This document shows positions 56,386 through 64,000 of a DNA stretch of 64,000 bases, in pieces. How positions within the stretch are numbered: position 1 is the stretch's first letter; each line of letters begins with the position of its first letter. Made by a program: the position numbers and the translations under genes. Under the pieces are notes generated by a model. That model did not search any database and was not told where the DNA came from. It worked only from the letters and a program-made list of their open reading frames with translations. This DNA comes from Eledone cirrhosa (lineage: Eukaryota), in the NCBI GenBank assembly GCA_964016885.1, contig OZ024743.1:19220001-19284000 (forward strand), read 5' to 3'.

Positions 56386-56472
56386 ATATATATATATATA
56401 TGAATGTATATATATATATATTTATATAAACATTATATTAATAAATGGAAACTATATTTATAAAACCATAAT

Positions 56473-56538
56473 TATTTTATTATATATATTTCAAGGGCAA
56501 CCCAGGCAAATTTTGGTGCGCTTTCATCAGATAAAATA
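56473..56538 (-). ncRNA. Type I hammerhead, TATATA stem III family
   Basis: Reverse complement: tattttat CTGATGA aag...ctt GAAA tatata TA ataaaata. Perfect 8-bp stem I. Confidence 0.8.
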
Positions 56539-56710
56539 CAAAATTTGTTTTATAAATGTTGACATACCCGCCGAAGAGCAACCTTGGCGGTTGGAGGTTC
56601 GCTGGATAGTGGAAACATTTTATTGAGGGTGATTCAAAGTTATTTGTGAGTATGCAAATGAATGTCCGAAAAATTTTTAAAAAACAACGGTTTATTTAAA
56701 TGTTACTGTT

Positions 56711-56818
<108 letters not shown>

Positions 56819-56839
56819 ATATATATTTATATAGTATCC

Positions 56840-57231
56840 TTGGCCATATACCGGATGTTTAATTAAAAACATTTAGAAGACCATACGCCCTCAGTTTTAA
56901 AGTAGTGACTATGTCACTTCTTTTCGCTGAAAGAAAAAAAGGACCTACAGTCTGTTTCACGCTGGTTGGCGTTCATCAGAGACACGTACACCCCTGTTTC
57001 GCCGAAAATTATAGAAACTGGATACTTATAGAATTCGGCGAAAGCTGGTTGACGTTCATCAGAGCCTCGGCGAAAGCAGGGGCGTACGTGGCTCTGAGGA
57101 ACGCCAACCAGCGTGAAACAGACTGTCAGCTTCTCTCTCTTCTTTCACCGAAAAGAAGTAAGTCACTACTTTAAACTGATAGTGTACGGCCTTCTAAATA
57201 TTTTAAATTAAACATACGGTATATTGCCAAA
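56840..57231. repeat. About 390-bp fold-back element with divergent hammerheads
   Basis: 56841-57005 is inverted at 57067-57230. Confidence 0.88.
57090..57131 (+). ncRNA. Minimal type I hammerhead ribozyme (mirror 56943-56982 minus)
   Basis: ggct CTGAGGA acgc-caacca-gcgt GAAAC agact GTC agct. Confidence 0.85.
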
Positions 57232-60200
57232 TAAATTCATGTATACAATGCTATTTCAGACTACCAATCCTAATGTCGAATACAAGCACAAATCCTAATG
57301 TCGATAAGCCCGTCTAATGTTACATACCGAATTGAGCTGAATACATCTCGAGATGGCTACGCGTAGTGGTCACGATTTTACCTTCATTTAAACGCACTGT
57401 GCATCATCCCATGTATAGAGTAATCCCCGAATCTGTGGTCTCTCAGTACCATATACCCTCTCTCCTTCACTTCCCATCTCCCAATCTTTTTATATAAATA
57501 TATACAAATAGATTGAAAATGTAATTGGGGTCTTTAAGAAGGTTTATTTACAATAATGTATAACTTCACCGGTTTCACAGTCTCATGATTTATAAAAGTC
57601 AAGAGAGTTGGTGAGATGTATAGCAATGCCGTCTTGTATCTTGTATCTCGTATGTAATTGATGTTGGGAATTTCTTTCAGATTTATACAAAAAAATATTG
57701 GTCAGGATATTATATATTTGATTTGTACAATTTGATAGGGTGAGGAAGATCACGTGATTAAGCATCGACCTTTAGTTAATTACGCGCCAAAAAGCGGGAG
57801 TGTCCTGGTTCTTTCAGGTTTTTACAGAAAAATGACAGAAGTTTAAACTATAATTTGAAAAGCCCAGGTCAGCACGTAATTAGATACATGGGTTAATCAC
57901 CGACATGTATAATAATTCCGGATGAATGAAGCCCCCATATACAGTAGTAATTCACAAAATAAATATTGGCAATGGTTTTTAATTGTTTCTGCTTAACTGT
58001 GTTAGTATATGACGCTGTGCTTAGAATCGCATGTTTTAAACAGACTCGTGTTACCGTGATCTTAAGCTACTGAAATAAGACGGACTGAGAAAGATGGTCA
58101 CGATTAACGTGATTATAACCATAAAGCTTCTAGAACAGGAAGGATTTATAACTGAACCAAAACTAGATAAATCAATTGCTTTTGCTCAAAAACTGTATAA
58201 AATGCACAAACATACTTCCATGCATAATCTATCAACAGCAGATGATTTTAGATAATGGGAGAATTCGAAAAGAGCATGAGCATGGTTGACTAATACATGG
58301 CTTGAACTTATAACGTAAAGGGGGATAACATATAATCAAATATCACATGATATTTTCTCGAATATATTAACAATTCTAAAGAAAACATTGCCTTTTTACC
58401 AGGAGCCACGTCGAATATTAAGACAAGTCACCTCGAATATTAAGGCATCAAAATAAGATTCATTATTCTTATTCTACAATGTGCTATATTTCTTACTTTC
58501 GAACTGACACCATCCAATTCTCATTTTCTATGGAAAGACAAATATAGTAATATTCCGATTTATATTCTCAAAAGTTACATTGAATAACAATTATTTGAAT
58601 CCCACAATACTAAATCTGAACATATAATATCGATTAACATTTAAAACATTGCATATTACATACGCTGTAATTCCATTGTCGTTTAACCCTTTCATCAAAA
58701 TGTTAGTAAACATTCATAAAAGTGGCTATAACTCTTAATATATGTTTGCATGTATGTTTGTAAGTATGTATGTATGTATGTATGTATATGTAAGTTCATA
58801 ATATTTTTGAAAACTGTATCTTCACAGATCGCTAATTTTGGGTACTCTATATACCATTCTACATTATTGTATTCGGTATGATTATACTTAATCGACACAC
58901 ACACACATACACTTTTACATACACACATACGTACTTACGTACATATATATATATGTGTGCGTGTGTGTATGTGTGGGGATGTACGTCTGAGTGTTTATAT
59001 ATATATAGTTGAGTAAATTAATTTAGTGTCATTTCTCAAGCTTTAACATTCTTTAATAAATATAAAAAGATTCTAAATCGAATTCTGGACAATCTAATGA
59101 CTAGTAGCTATTTATATTTCTTTATATATATTATTTTACATTGATATTGGGCTAATATTTCCGTCCAAGCAGATTCCTACATTGAAAATTTACAGCTGCC
59201 TAATTAGATTATTCAAAGACTTATTGGTTTGCCAGTTCTCAAAAGGTTTGCAGGCATTTCTCTCTCAAGAATTGAAAGACTGTGTTCTAAATTTAAGCTA
59301 CATATGGTTTGAATATAATCATATGTAAACGTTATAATCATATAAATGGAAAACAAATGTCTTTTATATTCATTTTTGTATTTTTAGTAAGTCGTGTTTT
59401 ATTTCACCTATAACTGTAGACTGATAACTGACTAGAATATATCAGATGAATAATTGTAGTGAATCCTGAGCAAGCATATCATTATAACAGCAAATAAGCC
59501 ATGGATACAAAAACACTCAAAAAATACTTCCGACTTGCAATTATTCTGAAATATATTATTGAACAACGAAAATATGTGTCTATAGTGTATTATTATATAT
59601 ATATATATCATGGGGATATAATAGATATAACATTAAAATAAATATATTAATAAGCAGCGAAAAAATATATTTCATGTAATTATAATATCTCATTTAATTC
59701 GATGGTTTTACTTTTACATAATATATTTGGTACTCCTCTATATTATTTGCAGCACCTTGTATTGTCTTATTTTTTTACAAACCCAATGACGGGGTGAAAG
59801 AGAGATGGTTGTTTATAAGTTTAGAAATTAATTAATAAAAATATGTAATGAGGATATATTACAATCAGCACTAACGCATGAATTATCAATTTCCTGGATA
59901 CCATTCTAAATCTAACCACACACGAGAATTATCATTGCAGTTATCATTGCATATATTATCATTGCAGTTATCATTGCATATATTCATAGAATACACAGTC
60001 AACACTTTTAAGAACATATCTAACCTATGCATCAACGAGGATATTTTCAACAAAGAATCAGTACTTGAGTTAAAGAGCCACATAGAAAGAAGGACCACAT
60101 ACAAATTATGAAATATGTTCATGCTTTTTCAACCACCTATTACACGTTTCAAATCACACACCCAATAACAGCTAGAGGTTAATGCACACGCATACACTTA

Positions 60201-60299
60201 CAGCAATTTATAAATTGATGTTGAAATTCCTATGGCAGTGTATTGCTTCTGTTTTAGAAACCGGCTTTTTCTTTATTGGTGAACATTTAATAAAATAAT

Positions 60300-60492
60300 G
60301 CTTTCTGATTGCCAGCAATTTCGGGTGACGGGAACGTTAATTAAATCGACTCCCAGTGCGGGACTGGTACTATATTTGATCGACCCCGTAAGGATGAAAA
60401 GCAAAGCTAAAATTGGCTGGATTTCAACTCAGAAAGTAAAAAGGCGTAACTTTGTGTCATGAAGCTCTACCGATACTGCCAATCCACCGTCC
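60300..60492 (-). mobile_element. Older SINE copy
   Basis: Core GATCGACCCCGTAAGGATGAAA and head TACTGCCAATCCACCG. Confidence 0.75.
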
Positions 60493-60708
60493 TAAAATTT
60501 CATAAAATAAAAAAAAAATATATATATATATATACAGATACATGTATACATTCATACAAGCATTCATACATACCTACATATAATAATTCATACATACCTA
60601 CATACAATCATGCATTCACCCACCCATCCATACATACATACATTCATACATGCATGCATACAGACAGACAAACTTTATGCATACTAACATACGCACATAC
60701 ATGCATAT

Positions 60709-60871
60709 AATTGTTTCTACTTTTGGCACAAGGCCAGCAATTACCCAGTGCATTACTGGTACTTTATTTTATCGACCCCGTAAGGCAAAGTTAACCTCGG
60801 GGGGATTTGAACTCAGAATGGCAAGGACCGTAACTCTATCCGTCAAGCATGGTACCGATGCTGCCAATCCA
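60709..60871 (-). mobile_element. Octopod-type SINE with internal deletions
   Basis: Tail, core and B box match the other copies. Confidence 0.88.
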
Positions 60872-61161
60872 TATAATACAAGATTAAGACAATAATTAAT
60901 AGCAATAATTTATAAACACACAAATGTTTATGAAATAATACTCAATATATGAAACAAATTAAATATACATATTCTTCTGAAGAAACAATGATAGTCACGT
61001 AGATATTTTGGTGTTCTATCTATCAAGATCATTCTTTCATTTTTGATGTAGCGTCAATTATATGTTGAGTTAATTCACAAGTATTATTTGGTTTAAAAAC
61101 AAAATTTATGTTCACTCTTTACATGGTAGATACATAAATGCATTCGTGAATGAATAATAAT

Positions 61162-61346
61162 TGTTTCTACTTTAGGCACAAGGCCAGCAATTACCTAGTG
61201 CATTACTAGTACTTTATTTTATCGACCCCGTAAGGATGAAAGACAAAGTCAACCTCGGCGGGATTTGAACTCAGATCGTAAAGGGACGTAACTATGCTGG
61301 AAAGCATGGTGTCCGACCCTCTACTGATACTGCCAATCCACCGCCC
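61162..61346 (-). mobile_element. Octopod-type SINE, full length
   Basis: TSD TGAATGAATAATAAT at 61147-61161 and 61351-61365. Confidence 0.92.
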
Positions 61347-61683
61347 TGAATGAATGAATAATAATGATATCATAATAATATCATAAATCATTTATATTCG
61401 GTTTGTTTACAAGTTAACAACCTCACAAAACACCATGTTGTAGATAAAAACGTAAACATTTTCTTCCAGAGGGAGCTGAGAAAAACTATCAACAATTGAC
61501 AATTGTTTCGGCGTGTCAAGATTGTGTATTCTGCTCGTTACGGCTGAAACAGGAAGATTGCGTTGTCTTCTAAAATGTTGTGTTTTATGAGGCTGTTTCC
61601 TTGTAAACAAACCGAATATTAATAATGTTATAAGGATATTATAATATTTATCATTATTCACTGACGAATATTATTAGGTTGTC

Positions 61684-61762
61684 TTTCGGGGTCGATAAAA
61701 TAATGTACCAGTAATGCACTGGAATAATTGCTGGCCTTGTGCCAAAAGTAGAAATAATTATT
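61684..61762 (+). mobile_element. SINE 3' fragment (another at 11230-11284 minus)
   Basis: CGGGGTCGATAAAAT...GGCCTTGTGCCAAAAGTAGAAA. Confidence 0.85.
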
Positions 61763-64000
61763 AGGCTGTCTTAAGTCGAGTTTAAGTGTGACGGCCGTAT
61801 TATTGCAATAATATTTTTACATCCAGTAGATACTTTCACTATAATTGTGTTCATTAATTTCAGATAAATTGAATGCTTTGCTATATGTATTTCTGACAGT
61901 GATAACATTTTTGAAGTACGATTCTTATTTTACGATTGCTTACAACATTATACTCTTATTACTCAGTTTCCAAATTCCAATTATACACGATAGTGCGTTT
62001 CTTGTTTTTTCGGAAAAGATGCAGATTTGGATGATAACGCGTTCTCAATTATTTGCACTACCGTTGTTTCTGTTTATATGAGTAACGTAGTAACGTTTAG
62101 TACCAAATTGATTAACAGTACAATTCACTGAAAGCAGTTTTAAAATGTATGTTTTATAATGGAATTTTAACTGTATGAATGTTTGCGTGTTACGTCTTTG
62201 CATACTTATTATGTGTTTAGCATAACCATACCAGTAGTTATATCCAAATTTCTCAAAGGTCTGTAATCATCTATGAGGGATTAACCGTCTCCCAGTGTCA
62301 TTTGTTTTATTTCATCTGTATTTAATACATCTTATTGGTAATGACTCGATTGATAATACTGGGGTTCATTATGGGATTTAGGAGGGATTTATCGATTTTT
62401 GAAATGATGCTCACACTAAATATTACTTTCTTTAGATATTCAGGAGAGGGGAATGTAGCTATTATGTCTTTTAATTCCCGTCAGACAGGTGAGATAGATG
62501 GATTATGTATTTGTCAACTTGTTGCACTTAGATGGTTTCAGCAGGAGTGCTCTCCGTGACAAGCGTTTGGTGCAGGTTTTTCGACTGTAGAAAATTTTTC
62601 ATTCCTTTCCACCGTTCCCAGGTCTTCTGAAAACGGTCATTGGTGATAAACCTCCTTCTCTGAATAAGGCATTAAGAAAATGTTTTTTCTCCACATAGCG
62701 AATGTTGGTAGATATTGCGTTTAGAATAATTAATTAGGTGTTTATTTTTGTATGGATTATAAATATGTATATGCTAAGTGAGAAACATAGAGTGGGAGCA
62801 CCTAGAATAGTTCATATACTATGCACCACAAACGGTACAACGAAGAACCTGGTATAACTGGAAGATTTCTTTTACTGTTTTTTGTATCACACAGACACCA
62901 CGGACGCGCCTAATACTGTAACCAGACATCCAATATAGTCATTTTCTCTTTTACCTGTCTTCTCTTATCATCTGTTTACTCGGGCGAAGCTAGGTACAGG
63001 AGCTAGATCGTGTTAATGTCAGCTTTGGCCAACACTTTTGTGTCTCTAATGAGTAAAATCCAGTTGGGAGGGCGGTGAGAAGCAAAATGGAGTGCATGCT
63101 GAAGATCAACCGTTAATTATGAAACTTGAAATCCGAGAAAAGTGTGACGAGATAGTATGCCGAGTGAATGTCGAGAGAGATTGAAATAACAGGTACTATT
63201 TAGATTAGTTAGAAGGATGATAGAGGCATGAGTAAAACCTAGATTATTGCGATGGAAAAATGTAATGTAGCCGAAATTATGTGTTTGTAAAACAGGGGGG
63301 GGGGGGTGAAAAGTAGGAAGATTGGATTATATGTATTTGCTGACAAAATATATAAATTGCATGTTATGGACTTAACGAAAGTATAAAATAGGGAGGTTAC
63401 ATAAATTATAGCAGAAATATATAGACTGAGATATGGGTTATTAAATGTCTTTGATCATGGTTATATTTAACGAATGTTTGCAGGATCCGGACAAATGACG
63501 GCGTGATGATTTTTCCCCAATATATTAGATATATCGTGTTGGTTTACTCAGCAAATAACGGATGACCTAGTTTTACATCTAAATAAAGTAGTATCTCATT
63601 GTTAGTTTTTTATAAATCGCGAAACCAATATGCGTTCATTTTTATCAGTTTCTAGCACAGTGGTTATAATAGAGTATAGTAACACATGATAGTAACACAT
63701 TACAGTTATTTTAAATTTGTGACATCATTGCTATTGATAGAATGCGAGTTAAAATGATGCGTGTTCGTTAGTGCTTATTATTCCATGAAGATGCTGTGTC
63801 AGAAACGGTCTAATTTTTTGAACGACTATAAATGATATATACAATATGTAATAAGGCCTTGGTGTCAATTAGTGCCATATATTATTCCTCTCAAAATGTT
63901 TGGTTATGCTACGTGCTAAAGTTTGAAATCATTATTTATGGTGCAATATATTAACGAGTTCCATTGCGCTGGATGAGAGCACTAAATTTAATAGAGCTAT

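Noticed and set aside
57300-60250. Possible host gene exons in less repetitive stretches
   Set aside because: No ORF with a recognisable domain or convincing exon structure; small exons cannot be excluded without RNA data.
62980-63007. Helitron-like 3' end CGGGCGAAGC..GG..CTAG
   Set aside because: Hairpin is imperfect, it is not followed by T, and no 5' end was identified.

Overview
This is an AT-rich, gene-free eukaryotic window dense in (TA)n/(GA)n/(CA)n microsatellites. The SINE sequence resembles octopod cephalopod SINEs (from recall, not a search). No host protein-coding exon can be supported. Identifiable content: Penelope-like retroelements (PLEs; one near full-length RT+GIY-YIG pseudogene, one 5'-truncated copy, several fragments), internally deleted mariners, two Helitron derivatives, R4/Dong-like and RTE-like LINE remnants, about 10 tRNA-derived SINE copies and a hAT-like element. 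The main signal, found by eye, is roughly 25 minimal type I hammerhead ribozyme (HHR) motifs in tandem and fold-back non-coding units inserted at (TA)n. Two unrelated families use a compensatory U3:A8 core (UUGANAA instead of CUGANGA) with large stem II insertions; one forms a near-identical 590-bp tandem array (retrozyme-like). A third family builds stem III from a TATATA microsatellite. All ribozyme calls are manual and untested, and boundaries of degenerate elements are approximate.
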